From assembly GCA_017472695.1 (NCBI GenBank), contig JAFUOQ010000016.1, positions 25,944 through 89,943 of the forward strand: a DNA stretch of 64,000 nt, written 5' to 3'. Positions 28,440 to 38,917 of the stretch are shown in pieces; position 1 is the stretch's first letter, and each line of letters opens with the position of its first letter. The translations under genes and the position numbers were made by a program. The DNA is from Clostridia bacterium (GTDB taxonomy: Bacteria; Bacillota; Clostridia; Oscillospirales; CAG-272). Under the pieces are notes generated by a model. It saw only the letters and a list, made by a program, of their open reading frames with translations. It ran no database searches and was not told the origin of the DNA.

Positions 28440-29681
28440 TTATTCTATAGTGATATTTTCCTCTGGTGGCTCTTCTTCCTTTTGTGCCATTTGTAGTGCT
28501 CTTTTTGTTTCTCTTGCTATTTCTCTCTTTTTCTTTGCCTTTGTTAAGCAAATTTCAAGCCCGATATAGAAGCAAAGTGAAATTAGCATTACCATATAAT
28601 AACTTAAAAGTCTCCAAACAAGCATAACGCCATTTGCAGTAGCTATTGCACCTGTGGTTGTGCCAGCAATGAACACTATAATTGATGTAAATATTTTACC
28701 TGATGAGCCCTCGGCAGCACCAGATGCACCAGGAGTTGGAATAAAGCCAACGGCGGTAATTGCAAAGGATGTGCCTGCTATCGAAAGAAGCAAATGCTCT
28801 GCACCTGCATTTACATTTAGTGACAAGAAAATAAAGAATGATGCGGAATAAAGGAAAGCAAAGGAGATTATCTTAGTTAAAAGTGCAAGGAAAAAATGTC
28901 CCTTTTTACTCATCAAATCCTTAAACGCCTGTTGAACATTTTCAAAATATTCCTTCAAGCTTTCTGCCTTTGGTCTTAAAAACTTAAAAATCTTAAAATT
29001 GCAAAGGAAATAAACTATTTTAACAAGCAAGTTTCTTACGGTTTTGCTAAGTCCCAAAACCAATGTAGAAACAAACATTACAAGGTTAAGTATATAACCA
29101 ATTATTATAATTATTTTCCAAGTGATATCAATTTGGTCAAACAAGGTTTCAGCAAAGAAAAGACCTGTGAGTGAAAAGCCTGTTGTAACCGCCATATAAA
29201 TAAGGAGGTTGGCAAGCAATAGTCCTGTAGACTCGGAAATTTTAACCTTTGCCCTTGAAAACGAGTAAGCTTGGAATGGCTGACCGCCTGTTGAAAGAGG
29301 GGTGATGCCATTGAAGAAATGCTCTGTCATTGCAATAGCATATGTGGTTCTAAACTTAACCTCTGTCCTTCTTGCCTTTGCTAAAATACATAAGGAAAGT
29401 GGATAAATAGCTAAATATATAAGAACCATCAAAATTGCTAGTAGAACAAATTCTATTCTAACAGTCTTTAGCTGATCAATTATACTTGGAAAATCGTTGA
29501 AGGATAAGACAGTAACGAGAAGCAATGCACCAATAATGCCATAAAGAACAAAAAGAGCAACTTTTTTGCCGTTCATTGGGTTCTTTTGTTTTTTGCCGTG
29601 AATATCTATAATTTGTGTTTCTTCTAATGAAACATTTTCAAGTTCTTCAATGGAAAAGCTTTCTTTTTCTTTTTTCTTCAT
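28440..29681 (-). CDS. Flippase-like / lysylphosphatidylglycerol-synthase TM-domain (UPF0104) family membrane protein
   Basis: 413 aa polytopic membrane protein. PLSTGGQPFQAY and PTPGASGAAE motifs are characteristic of the UPF0104/TIGR00374 family. Confidence 0.75.
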   Translation of the reverse strand: MKKKEKESFSIEELENVSLEETQIIDIHGKKQKNPMNGKKVALFVLYGIIGALLLVTVLSFNDFPSIIDQLKTVRIEFVLLAILMVLIYLAIYPLSLCILAKARRTEVKFRTTYAIAMTEHFFNGITPLSTGGQPFQAYSFSRAKVKISESTGLLLANLLIYMAVTTGFSLTGLFFAETLFDQIDITWKIIIIIGYILNLVMFVSTLVLGLSKTVRNLLVKIVYFLCNFKIFKFLRPKAESLKEYFENVQQAFKDLMSKKGHFFLALLTKIISFAFLYSASFFIFLSLNVNAGAEHLLLSIAGTSFAITAVGFIPTPGASGAAEGSSGKIFTSIIVFIAGTTTGAIATANGVMLVWRLLSYYMVMLISLCFYIGLEICLTKAKKKREIARETKRALQMAQKEEEPPEENITIE

Positions 29682-29986
29682 ATTCTACTCCTTTCCTTAT
29701 TTTAAAAAATCACTACTATTTTAGCACAAATTTTTTCTATATGCAATATATATTATGAATTTTAATAAAATTTAACAAAATATTGTATTTTTGGTGAATT
29801 CGTCAACAAAAATGAGCCGAATAGGGTTGTACCCTATAGGACAGTTTTCCAAAATACGGCATATCTCTTTTGAGATATGCCGTATTTCGCGTTTGTGTCC
29901 ACAAATGCAGTGCTTCGTCTGTATTAACTAAAGACTACAACAAAATTACGGTTATTTTGATATGCGAAAAGTCCGCACAAATCAAA

Positions 29987-30432
29987 GGCTCCCTTGTGTA
30001 AAGGGAGCTGTCAGCGAAGCTGACTGAGGGATTGTTCTACGAGGTGATCAATATATTCACAAACACCTCGAAAGTTTTTATGTATTTCCGTATTCGGTAT
30101 TCTGATAACCATCAATCCGTATTCTTCAAGAAAAGCGGTTCTTTCTTCATCATATTGCTTTCCTTTCTCGGTATAATGTCCTGAGCCGTCAAGCTCTATA
30201 ATAAGCTTTGCCTCTGCACAGTAAAAATCCGCAATATGCCTTCCGAGAACCTTTTGGCGTGAAAAACGAATGGGATAGGTGCGCAAAAAATCATACCAAA
30301 GGTGCTTTTCTTCTTTGGTCATATTCTTTCGTAGCATTTTAGCAGTGAGAACTATGTCTTTATTATGTTTTCTCTGCATTACAATCCCTCCGTCACGCTT
30401 TGCGTGCCACCTCCCTTTACACAAGGGAGGCT
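29987..30432 (-). mobile_element. Inverted-repeat-bounded cassette carrying a DUF559 endonuclease gene
   Basis: Arms 29987-30035 and 30381-30432 are inverted copies of the same two-hairpin sequence seen at 17854-17975. The DUF559 ORF fills the space between them exactly, with its stop codon inside the left arm. Confidence 0.7.
30011..30379 (-). CDS. DUF559 (Vsr/restriction-endonuclease-like fold) domain protein
   Basis: Typical DUF559 sequence LRKNMTKEEKHLWYDFLR...RFSRQKVLGRHIADFYCAEAKLIIELDGSGH. I start at the ATG at 30379 (MQRKHNKD) because the 15 codons upstream are the translated repeat arm. Confidence 0.85.
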   Translation of the reverse strand: MQRKHNKDIVLTAKMLRKNMTKEEKHLWYDFLRTYPIRFSRQKVLGRHIADFYCAEAKLIIELDGSGHYTEKGKQYDEERTAFLEEYGLMVIRIPNTEIHKNFRGVCEYIDHLVEQSLSQLR

Positions 30433-30509
30433 TTTGCTGATTAACACCTCAGTATTTCTCAATAAATGGAAATTTGACAATCTTCATATGATGTTTTCTG
30501 TTTTTAACC

Positions 30510-31001
30510 TCAATAAATAAACCGCTTCAACCATTCCGGCTGTTCTTCAAGAGCAGCATATAATTTTTGTAGTGTTCTTTTCCCAATGCGCCTATCTAAA
30601 ACCGCAAACATTCTAACAATAGGATGACTTGAAAAAATGCTCTCCTGTATGTCTTGATTGCGATATATTTCTAAAGCTTCGCAAAATTCCTCATCTGTAT
30701 ATTCCGTACGTTGATTTATAGGATATTTCTCCAACAATGTCCAAAACTCTGCCCAGTATTCACCAATACCGCTTGGATTTGCATTTTTCGTATATCCACT
30801 ATCAATAAAATAGGTATTCACGGTTTCCCAAGAGAAACGTTTTACTTGCTTGCCATCTATGGAAACCTCAAAAATATGACAACCGTCCATTCCTACGTAT
30901 GTGGTACAACCATATCTTAATTTGCCTTGTAGTGAATTGGCAAGCATATCTTGTTCAAGATACTTTCTCATTCCGCTCCATGAACCAAGTATTTTCCCCA
31001 T
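30510..31001 (-). CDS. Hypothetical cytoplasmic protein (163 aa)
   Basis: ATG at 31001 is preceded by GAGGAGGTG (the ORF-track start at 31040 lacks an SD). Family not confidently recognised. Confidence 0.55.
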   Translation of the reverse strand: MGKILGSWSGMRKYLEQDMLANSLQGKLRYGCTTYVGMDGCHIFEVSIDGKQVKRFSWETVNTYFIDSGYTKNANPSGIGEYWAEFWTLLEKYPINQRTEYTDEEFCEALEIYRNQDIQESIFSSHPIVRMFAVLDRRIGKRTLQKLYAALEEQPEWLKRFIY

Positions 31002-31170
31002 AAAGAACACCTCCTCGTAAAATTCGTATTTATCCGTCATACACTTATGCTACTATTATAACACAAAAACCGCAGAAAATCAATCTGCGGTTTCTGCTTT
31101 TCTGTCGGTAGGTAATGTATTCCCAAAACTGTCCTTTAGAGTACCGCTCTATAGCATCGGCTCTTTTTTA

Positions 31171-31974
31171 TTATAAAACGGCATTTAAAAATTGCTTTGT
31201 TCTTGGGTTTTGTGGGTTATCAAAAATCTCGGTGGGCGTGCCCTCTTCGGCAATCATGCCCTCATCCATAAACAAGACTCTTGTAGCTACCTCACGGGCA
31301 AAGCCCATTTCGTGTGTAACTATAACCATAGTCATACCCTCGTCGGCTACCTCTTTAATAAGGTTTAGAACCTCGCCAACCATCTCGGGGTCAAGCGCCG
31401 AGGTTGGCTCGTCAAAAAGCATAACCTTTGGGCTCATAGCGAGTGCCCTAACAATAGCGACTCTCTGCTTTTGTCCACCTGACAAGGTCGATGGATATAC
31501 ATTCGCCTTATCTTCAAGACCTATACGGCGAAGAAGCGCGAGTGCATTTTGACGACACTCCTCTTTAAATTCCTTTGCACTTTTGCCCTCTTTTTTTACC
31601 TTTTTCTTATTAAGCGTATAAGGTGCTATCATTATATTTTGAAGAACGGTTTTGTTGTTAAAAAGATTGAACTGCTGGAAAACCATTCCAATTTTTTGTC
31701 TGTGCTTGTTTATATTAACCCTTTGATCCGCCAAGTCCTCTCCGTCAAAGATGATAGAACCGCTAGTTGGATCCTCTAAACAATTAAGGCATCTTAAAAA
31801 TGTACTCTTGCCTGAGCCTGACGGGCCAATTACAACAACCTTTTCACCCTTATATATATCAGTGCTTATACCCTTTAGAACCTCGTTAGAGCTGAATGCT
31901 TTTTTCAGATCATATACTGAAAGTATTGGCACTTGAGAGACGCTTGATGAAGTAAAACCTATATTTTCCGCCAT
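31171..31974 (-). CDS. Polar amino acid ABC transporter ATP-binding protein
   Basis: 267 aa with Walker [10 protein letters not shown], signature LSGGQKQR and Walker [13 protein letters not shown]. GlnQ/ArtP-like. Confidence 0.92.
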   Translation of the reverse strand: MAENIGFTSSSVSQVPILSVYDLKKAFSSNEVLKGISTDIYKGEKVVVIGPSGSGKSTFLRCLNCLEDPTSGSIIFDGEDLADQRVNINKHRQKIGMVFQQFNLFNNKTVLQNIMIAPYTLNKKKVKKEGKSAKEFKEECRQNALALLRRIGLEDKANVYPSTLSGGQKQRVAIVRALAMSPKVMLFDEPTSALDPEMVGEVLNLIKEVADEGMTMVIVTHEMGFAREVATRVLFMDEGMIAEEGTPTEIFDNPQNPRTKQFLNAVL

Positions 31975-32696
31975 TATTTTGCGCCTCCTTTTCTATCGCT
32001 TTTAGAAAGAGCCTTCTCCAAAAGTCTTATTAGCTGAGTGATTATAAATATCATTACAATATAGCAAATTGCCATGAAGAGATATGGAACCATTGGCTCG
32101 TAGTTGTTTTGTCCAATTTTTGTAAGAGCCACATACAAGTCCATTGCACCAACGAAGCTAATTACAGAGGTTTCCTTAATCAATGAAATGAACTCATTTC
32201 CCAAGGATGGTAAAATGTTTTTAACAGCCTGCGGAACAACAAACCTAACCATAGTTGAGGCATAGCTAAAGCCAAGCGCACGACCCGCCTCTAGCTGTCC
32301 CTGGTCTACCGAATTTAATCCGCCTCGCATCACCTCGGAAACATATGCCGCGCTATTAAGTCCAAATATAACCACACAAACATTTTCCTCGGAAATTCTG
32401 CCAAGACCTATAAGTGGTAATATAACAAAGTAGCCAACAAGAAGCTGAACTACTATTGGTGTACCTCTAAAAAATCCAACGTAAAGTCCACAAATTTTAT
32501 CTAATATTCTTGGAAAAACCTTGTACTTTGGCATAACACGAATAGTAGCAATTACCGTACCTAAAATTACACCTATACAAAGTCCTAATATTGCAATTTT
32601 TAATGTGTTTCCAAGACCCTCTATAACCTCTTTATAGCCACCATCGAAAATAAAGGATTCTATAAATTTTGATATCTTGTTGCCAAAAGATCCCAT
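31974..32696 (-). CDS. Polar amino acid ABC transporter permease
   Basis: 240 aa. The EAA-loop-like EAGRALGFS motif is typical of HisM/GlnP-type permeases. Its stop overlaps the ATPase start (TAATG). Confidence 0.9.
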   Translation of the reverse strand: MGSFGNKISKFIESFIFDGGYKEVIEGLGNTLKIAILGLCIGVILGTVIATIRVMPKYKVFPRILDKICGLYVGFFRGTPIVVQLLVGYFVILPLIGLGRISEENVCVVIFGLNSAAYVSEVMRGGLNSVDQGQLEAGRALGFSYASTMVRFVVPQAVKNILPSLGNEFISLIKETSVISFVGAMDLYVALTKIGQNNYEPMVPYLFMAICYIVMIFIITQLIRLLEKALSKSDRKGGAK

Positions 32697-32770
32697 ATAC
32701 TTTTCCTTTCCTAAAGAATTGCTAATCGCAACAATTCCTCGCTTGATTAGAGCGAGGAATTATATTTTAA

Positions 32771-33628
32771 TTATTCGTTCATTGATTTAACAATGATTTG
32801 TGCAGGACCCTCGTCAACCATAACGAAATCAATTTGTCCGTTAACGAGCGCTTGGGTTGCGCTTACTGCTGAATCATATCCCTTTGCTGTTACAGGGAAG
32901 CCTGCAAAGCCCCAGTCTGCGTCTCCTTCAACATAAAGACCGCCTGTTGTGCCATTTTGGTAGCCGATGATTGTGTCCTTATTCATTGCATTGAGCTTAG
33001 CCTCAACATCTGCGACTGTCTTGCAGTCTGCAAATGTTGTGTCTCCTGCCTTTACAATAAGAACCTGTGATGCGTTGTAGTATGTATCAGAGAATGTAAC
33101 CTGCTCCTCACGCTCTTCAGAAACTGTAAGTCCAGCCATAACGATGTCAGCCTTACCTGTTTCAACAGCTGTTAGTACTGCATCAAAGTTCATATCCTTA
33201 ATTACAAGCTCTGCGCCCATTTCTTCAGCGATTAAAGCTGCAATTTCAATTTCAATATCAATACCGCAATATTTATCTCCTGTTTTGTACTCGAATGGAG
33301 AGAACGGGGTATTCGTAGCAACAACTAGTTGGTTCTTTGAGGTATCCTCTTTACCTGCGTCGAAGGTCTTGATGTTTTCTTTATCGCCTGAGAAATACTT
33401 GTTAACGATTTTGTCAAGCTCACCTGTTGTTTTGAGTTCAGCAAGAACGCTGTTTACTGTAGCGAGAAGTGCTGGGTCGTTTTTGTTTACACCATATGCA
33501 TATTGCTCATCTGTTAATTTGATTTTTACATAATCAACAACGTCCTCTTTATCACGGCAAGCGGCGAAGCAGAAAACAGAAGCAACGAGCATTATTGCAA
33601 CGAGTGTTAGTGAAATAATCTTTTTCAT
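32771..33628 (-). CDS. Amino acid ABC transporter substrate-binding lipoprotein
   Basis: 285 aa. Signal peptide with lipobox-like FAAC. Family 3 SBP features (VVATNTPFSPFEY, GLTVSEERE). Confidence 0.88.
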   Translation of the reverse strand: MKKIISLTLVAIMLVASVFCFAACRDKEDVVDYVKIKLTDEQYAYGVNKNDPALLATVNSVLAELKTTGELDKIVNKYFSGDKENIKTFDAGKEDTSKNQLVVATNTPFSPFEYKTGDKYCGIDIEIEIAALIAEEMGAELVIKDMNFDAVLTAVETGKADIVMAGLTVSEEREEQVTFSDTYYNASQVLIVKAGDTTFADCKTVADVEAKLNAMNKDTIIGYQNGTTGGLYVEGDADWGFAGFPVTAKGYDSAVSATQALVNGQIDFVMVDEGPAQIIVKSMNE

Positions 33629-33673
33629 TTTGTTTCTCCTTTATAATATATATTTTAAGGTTTTTGCTTAATC

Positions 33674-33702
33674 ATTATATACTCATATTTTGCAAATGTC
33701 AA
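33674..33702 (-). promoter_or_regulatory. Sigma-A type promoter of the amino-acid ABC transporter operon
   Basis: On the minus strand: TTGACA (33702-33697), 17-nt spacer, TATAAT (33679-33674). Confidence 0.7.
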
Positions 33703-34094
33703 CACCTTTGTGAATATTTTTTCGATTTAAGATTAAATATTCACTTTTTATTGAATATATTCACAATTTTATTCATTTTATGCATATTTTCGTGGTATTA
33801 TCTTTCGTAATCGTAAAAACGAGCCCTCGCCCTCTCTTACAAGTAATGACCACATATTGTTTTTCCCTTAATAATTAATTGACTTCCTTTTAATTATATC
33901 TTTCACTTACTAAAAAATCAATAAAAACTTAAAATTTTATAAAATATCGGCCATACGAAAATCGTATGGGCTGTTTGTTATTTAAAAATGCTAAAAGAGA
34001 GCTTTCAAAAGTTGTCAAATAGTAGATTTTCCGCGCTTGAAAAGGAAGCATAGTTATGATATAATTATTTTAAATTATATTTAAGGAGCATATT

Positions 34095-34787
34095 ATGTGG
34101 GACGGAAAGAAAAAGGCAGTTACCTTTAGCTTTGATGACGGGGTAACTCAGGACATAAGACTAATTGAAATTTTTAATAAATATGATCTAAAGGGTACGT
34201 TTAATTTGAATTCGGAGCTTCTTGGTCTTGATGGCACACTTTTCAGAAACGGTAGAACTGTTCGCCACGACAAGATACAGGCAGACAGGGTGAAAGAAAT
34301 ATATAAGGGTCACGAGGTTGCGGCACACACCTTGACTCATCCATTGTTGCCCTCTCTTTCAGAGGAAGAGATTATAAGACAAGTAGAGACCGATAGACAA
34401 AATCTTTCACGTCTTTGCGGGTATGAGGTGGTTACTATGGCATACCCTTGTGGTGGTGAAAACAATGATGACCGTGTTGCAGAAATCATAAAAAATAACA
34501 CCGGTATCAAGCTTGCACGAACCATCACCTCAACCCATGATTTCAAAGCACAAGAAAACCTATTTAGATTTAACCCAAGTGTTTACTATGTTGATGAGCG
34601 CCTTGATGAAATAGTTGATAAATTTTTAAGCATTGAGAGTAGTGAGCCTATGCTACTTTACATCTGGGGTCACTCATATGAAATGGATGCTGAATATATC
34701 TCTTGGGAGAAATTTGAAGAGGTTTGCAAAAGACTATCTAACCACGACGATATTTTCTATGGCACAAATAAAGAGGTGATTTTATAA
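34095..34787 (+). CDS. Polysaccharide deacetylase (NodB-like) family protein
   Basis: 230 aa with TFSFDDG and HTLTHP motifs of the CE4/NodB fold. Confidence 0.8.
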   Translation: MWDGKKKAVTFSFDDGVTQDIRLIEIFNKYDLKGTFNLNSELLGLDGTLFRNGRTVRHDKIQADRVKEIYKGHEVAAHTLTHPLLPSLSEEEIIRQVETDRQNLSRLCGYEVVTMAYPCGGENNDDRVAEIIKNNTGIKLARTITSTHDFKAQENLFRFNPSVYYVDERLDEIVDKFLSIESSEPMLLYIWGHSYEMDAEYISWEKFEEVCKRLSNHDDIFYGTNKEVIL

Positions 34788-35172
34788 AGCACGATATAAA
34801 AAATCAGAAGCAAAATGATGTTGCAATCCACTAATATAGAAATCAACCTATACGAGATAATCGTATAGGTTGATTTTTTATATTTTTGCAAGAGCTTAAG
34901 CATTTTGGTGTCAAGTGTATGGCTGTTATAACTTTTCATTTCTGTGTCCGTGCGTCCGTTTCCATAATGCCAAATTTTCCTTTTAAATTAAAAAATAGCG
35001 GGGCAAGTGTCTGATATTGGCTTTGTAAAGTTCCTAAACAATATTTCATGTGATTTTTACGACATATGAAAAACCGTACGGTTTTATCCATACGGGTTTT
35101 ATTTTTAATTGTTTTTTTGGTGAATTGGTATCCAATTGGTATCCGGTATCCATTTTTGAAGAATCTAAAAGT

Positions 35173-35238
35173 CCTAAAAGACTTGCGGTGCAAGGCTTTT
35201 TGGTTTTAGTTATCGCTCAAAGGCTTCATTGTTGGGAG
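35173..35238. repeat. lysS 3'-end/terminator copy A (att-like core, most diverged)
   Basis: The reverse strand of ttagttatcgctcaaaggcttcattgttggga encodes PTMKPLSDN*. It sits beside a hairpin analogous to the lysS terminator. Confidence 0.8.
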
Positions 35239-35250
35239 CAGTGTGAATTG

Positions 35251-35339
35251 CGTGGCATAACGTGGCAAAGCTTTGCATATCTTGACATTTTGGCTTTCCA
35301 CGTTTTCCATAACTTCTCATAAATTGGCATACGGTTACA
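35251..35339. repeat. 89-nt element arm, copy 1 (100% identical to 39223-39311)
   Basis: Compared base by base. The arm contains GTGGCATAAC GTGGCAAAG and TTGGCATAC motifs. Confidence 0.9.
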
Positions 35340-35446
35340 TCATTATGACGCACACTTTGAAATACATGGCGTGTGGATATAAAATACTATTAAATCTACA
35401 TTGATAGATATGCTTCTTGCCTCTATGCACCAAAATTGTAGTTTTC

Positions 35447-36811
35447 CTATTTTTTTGCCACCTTCCAAGCTCCAACGAAATAGAATATAACCCCTATAAT
35501 TATAGGTACAAGCTCTGCAAGGGTTGCTCCAAACCAAAAGCCTAAATATCCTAAATCAAGCCAAACTCCAAAAATCAACGCAAAGCCAATTCTTGCAGCT
35601 ATTGCATCAAGTAATGCAGTTATTAGGTTTATTTGCTTGTTGCCACTGCCTTCAATCAGCGCACGAAACACAGGTCTTATTCCTGCGTTTATAAGTGAGA
35701 AAACAAGTATTGGCAGGTACGGGTAAACGAGCTCTAGAAACGATGATTCCCTTGTGAATATTCCAAACAGCTGAGTTGGAAATAGTAAAAATGCAGTTAT
35801 TAGTATAAGTGATACTGATATGGTAATACCGCCTACCCTTAACATAGTGCCATTTGCTCTCTTTATTTTACCTGCCGCAATATTCTGTCCTATTATCATA
35901 GCACCAGATGTTGCAATCGCACCAAGCATCAAGTCAACCGTTGTGGATATATTGGAGCGAATACCTGCAAAAGCAGACACACTAACGCCAAAATCGTTTG
36001 TTAACGAGCTTATAACCATGCCAGCAATTTGAATTGCAGAGTTATTTATTGCCATAGGAATGGCAAGCTTCAAAAATTTTGATAGGCTTATCTTGTCCCA
36101 TATAATAAAATCTCTTGGCTTTACAGAAAGCTCAAATGATTCTCGCTTTCTAATTATCATAGCTATAGAAAGAATTACGCTTACAAGCTGAGCTATAACC
36201 GTTGCCAATGCTGCACCGCCAACACCCATATCAAAGCCTATAACAAAAACAATGTCAAGCACAATATTAAGTCCACACGCTGTGGCAATGAAAATGAATG
36301 GATGCTTTGAGTCTCCCATTCCACGAACTATTGCACTTATTATATGATAAGCATAAATCGGGATGATTCCGAACAGACAAATTCTAGCATACTCAAATGC
36401 GCCCTCATATGCTTCGACAGGAGTGCTTAAAAGCTTTAGCATTGTGTTTGTCAATGGTATCATAACAGCCATAGACAAAAGGGCAATGACAAAAACAAAT
36501 CCACACACTGTGCTTACAAATTTTGAAATTTTCTTTTTTTCGCCAGAGCCTATCATAATAGCTATTATAACCTGTGCAGCCGAGGAAAAGCCTCCTATAA
36601 AGGCGTTTAAAAACATAGCAACCGAGCCACCTATTGTAACTGCAGATGTGCCAATTTCCCCAAGCTTATATCCAACTACTATTAGGTCCACAGAGTTGAG
36701 CAGAACCATCATAAGGTTGGAAAGTAAAACAGGGATTGCAAATTTTACAAGGTGTGCAGTTAAATTTCCCTGTGTAAAGTCCTTTATTTCAGAATGCTTT
36801 AACGCTGTCAT
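35447..36811 (-). CDS. MATE family efflux transporter
   Basis: 454 aa, 12-TM profile, N-terminal FAIPVLLSNLMMVLLNSVDLIVVG typical of MATE. Confidence 0.88.
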   Translation of the reverse strand: MTALKHSEIKDFTQGNLTAHLVKFAIPVLLSNLMMVLLNSVDLIVVGYKLGEIGTSAVTIGGSVAMFLNAFIGGFSSAAQVIIAIMIGSGEKKKISKFVSTVCGFVFVIALLSMAVMIPLTNTMLKLLSTPVEAYEGAFEYARICLFGIIPIYAYHIISAIVRGMGDSKHPFIFIATACGLNIVLDIVFVIGFDMGVGGAALATVIAQLVSVILSIAMIIRKRESFELSVKPRDFIIWDKISLSKFLKLAIPMAINNSAIQIAGMVISSLTNDFGVSVSAFAGIRSNISTTVDLMLGAIATSGAMIIGQNIAAGKIKRANGTMLRVGGITISVSLILITAFLLFPTQLFGIFTRESSFLELVYPYLPILVFSLINAGIRPVFRALIEGSGNKQINLITALLDAIAARIGFALIFGVWLDLGYLGFWFGATLAELVPIIIGVIFYFVGAWKVAKK

Positions 36812-37902
36812 TTTAGTAAATCATCAATTTTTAGAATTTCCATTAGCTCTCCACCACGCTTTGCCGATTCATTTGCGATAATGCCAGGTAGTGAAATTCT
36901 TATTCCCATATCAACATCAATCGGTGGTTCAGTATCCTCTATAATGCACTTAATAAAGTCACGTATCATTTTGGCATCTACTCCACCGTGGCCATAAACA
37001 TCGCCGTTATTCGAAAGCTTAACGGGAATTTCAAAGGATTTTTCAAAGGTATTAGGAACTTCATACATTTTAGCAAAAGATGTTGCTTCTTCAAGTGGCT
37101 TTGTTTTATCGGTTAAAACCATTCCCCTTGTTCCATAAAGCGCAAAGTTGTGGTCGTAGCCAACATACATACCAAATCCGATAAATATGCGAATTACTGC
37201 ACCCTTGGCTGTTTTAAATATAGCTATTCCATTTTCGTCCCCTTCGCTATATTGATTATATTTTGCAGAGGTTGGCGTCATACACGAAACGCTTACTGGA
37301 TAGTCGTCCATTATGTAAAGAAGTGGACCTAGATTGTGAGTAAGATACGTTATCGCAGGATTAAATCTGCGCCAATGATTTTCTTTAGTGTACGGCTTAA
37401 TCTCATCTGGATGTGTTGCGTGAAGATACTCACTCTCTGCATAAAGAATATCGCCGAATTTTCCGTCCTCACGCATCTTTTTCCATGCCTTGATAAACTC
37501 CCAATAAAAGCAGTTTTCACCAGCCATATATTTAAGCTCAGGATGTGATTTTACAGCATCTCGAAGGATTTTTACCTCTTCTATGGTTTCTATTACAGGA
37601 ATTTCACTTAAAACGTGCTTTCCTGCCTCAAGTGCCATTACTGTGTGCCTTGTGTGGAGTGGCTTATCAGTTGCGATAAACACAGCATCTATATCGCTTT
37701 TCAAAAGCTCCTCTATGCTATCAAAGCAAAGAAAATCCTTAACTCCATTTTTTTCGTAGTCCTCCTTGCACGCCTTAAGTGTTTCTGGGTCTGTGTCGGC
37801 TATTGCACGTATAACTACGTTTTTATCTCCAATTAATGTCCAAGCAACATATGCGCCTCTTTTAAGTCCTACAACGCCTAGCTTTATAACCTTATTTTCC
37901 AT
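36808..37902 (-). CDS. Gfo/Idh/MocA family oxidoreductase
   Basis: The N-terminal Rossmann segment IKLGVVGLKRG begins at the ATG at 37902 (SD AAAGGAAA); the ORF track extends to 37968. The stop overlaps the MATE start by 4 nt. Confidence 0.85.
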   Translation of the reverse strand: MENKVIKLGVVGLKRGAYVAWTLIGDKNVVIRAIADTDPETLKACKEDYEKNGVKDFLCFDSIEELLKSDIDAVFIATDKPLHTRHTVMALEAGKHVLSEIPVIETIEEVKILRDAVKSHPELKYMAGENCFYWEFIKAWKKMREDGKFGDILYAESEYLHATHPDEIKPYTKENHWRRFNPAITYLTHNLGPLLYIMDDYPVSVSCMTPTSAKYNQYSEGDENGIAIFKTAKGAVIRIFIGFGMYVGYDHNFALYGTRGMVLTDKTKPLEEATSFAKMYEVPNTFEKSFEIPVKLSNNGDVYGHGGVDAKMIRDFIKCIIEDTEPPIDVDMGIRISLPGIIANESAKRGGELMEILKIDDLLK

Positions 37903-38095
37903 AGTATTTCCTTTTCTCAAAAACTTTTTATAATAGTTTTTCATTTCCCTTTTTATTTTATCAAACAAATTTGTTTTAGTAAATGCATTTTTTCGTGTTT
38001 TATATGAAAAAAATCCACAAGAAATAGATTATTCACTTGACTTTTATTTCAAAACCAGCCATAATTGAATTATATCAAAGAAAGGCAGGATTTCT

Positions 38096-38917
38096 ATGAG
38101 CAAGAGTATATGCCAGTTTATATCAGCAAAAAATGAAGAATCAGCTATCAAGGCTGTAAGATTTGTTTACGAAACAGAATGTCTATCCTTAAGGCAACCA
38201 TTTGTTCACCCAATTTACGTTATTCACATTGTAACGCAAGGGACTGCCACCTTACGTATTGATGCTAATGAGTATTTTTTAAAAAGAGGTGATGTCTTTT
38301 TTGCCTTTCCTGCATATCCTCATTATATTGATGCAAATGAAGATTTTGAATATATCTACATCAGTTTTATGGGTAATGGTGCGACCTCGCTTCTTTCTAG
38401 ATGTAAGATAACTCCCAGTTCTCCCTATTATGATAATTTAGGTTTTCTGTGTACAATGTTTGAAAATGCAATAAGAAGGATAAATTCACGTAATGCAAAT
38501 ATGCTTACAGAGTCGGTCTTATATTATGCTCTTTCATACTTTGATAATGATGCGTCTAATATTGAAATAGAGAATCAAGTAAATACAGATGGTCTTTTTA
38601 AAGCAATAGTAAATTATGTCGATCGTCATTACTGGGAAAACGATATGTCCTTGAGCAGACTTGCAAATGTATTTTCATACACTGAAAAATATTTGTCCGC
38701 TCTTTTTAAAAAAAATATGCAAATCGGATTTGTTAGCTATCTCAATAATTTAAGAATACAGTACGCCAATGAGCTTATCGAAAAAAGGGAGCTTAATATA
38801 TCAGAAATAGCTAACGCCTGTGGATACAGTGACTATTCCTATTTTTCAAAGGTTTATAAAAAAAGCACTGGCAAATCCCCAACAGAAAGCATGGAGTGGA
38901 TTGCAAAAAGAAAATAG
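38096..38917 (+). CDS. AraC family transcriptional regulator
   Basis: 273 aa. N-terminal cupin-like sensor and C-terminal double HTH (ISEIANACGYSDYSYFSKVYKKSTGKSP). Divergent from the oxidoreductase-MATE operon. Confidence 0.9.
   Translation: MSKSICQFISAKNEESAIKAVRFVYETECLSLRQPFVHPIYVIHIVTQGTATLRIDANEYFLKRGDVFFAFPAYPHYIDANEDFEYIYISFMGNGATSLLSRCKITPSSPYYDNLGFLCTMFENAIRRINSRNANMLTESVLYYALSYFDNDASNIEIENQVNTDGLFKAIVNYVDRHYWENDMSLSRLANVFSYTEKYLSALFKKNMQIGFVSYLNNLRIQYANELIEKRELNISEIANACGYSDYSYFSKVYKKSTGKSPTESMEWIAKRK

Noticed and set aside
30380-30424. N-terminal 15 codons (MCKGRWHAKRDGGIV) of the ORF-track version of the DUF559 gene
   Set aside because: This is the repeat arm read as protein. 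The internal ATG at 30379 gives a product matching typical DUF559 N-termini.
34936-35322. 85-aa (-) and 90-aa (+) ORFs in the region left of and across core copy A
   Set aside because: They span terminator hairpins, 9-mer repeats and the lysS-fragment copy. They have no SD and no conservation between the three homologous arm copies.
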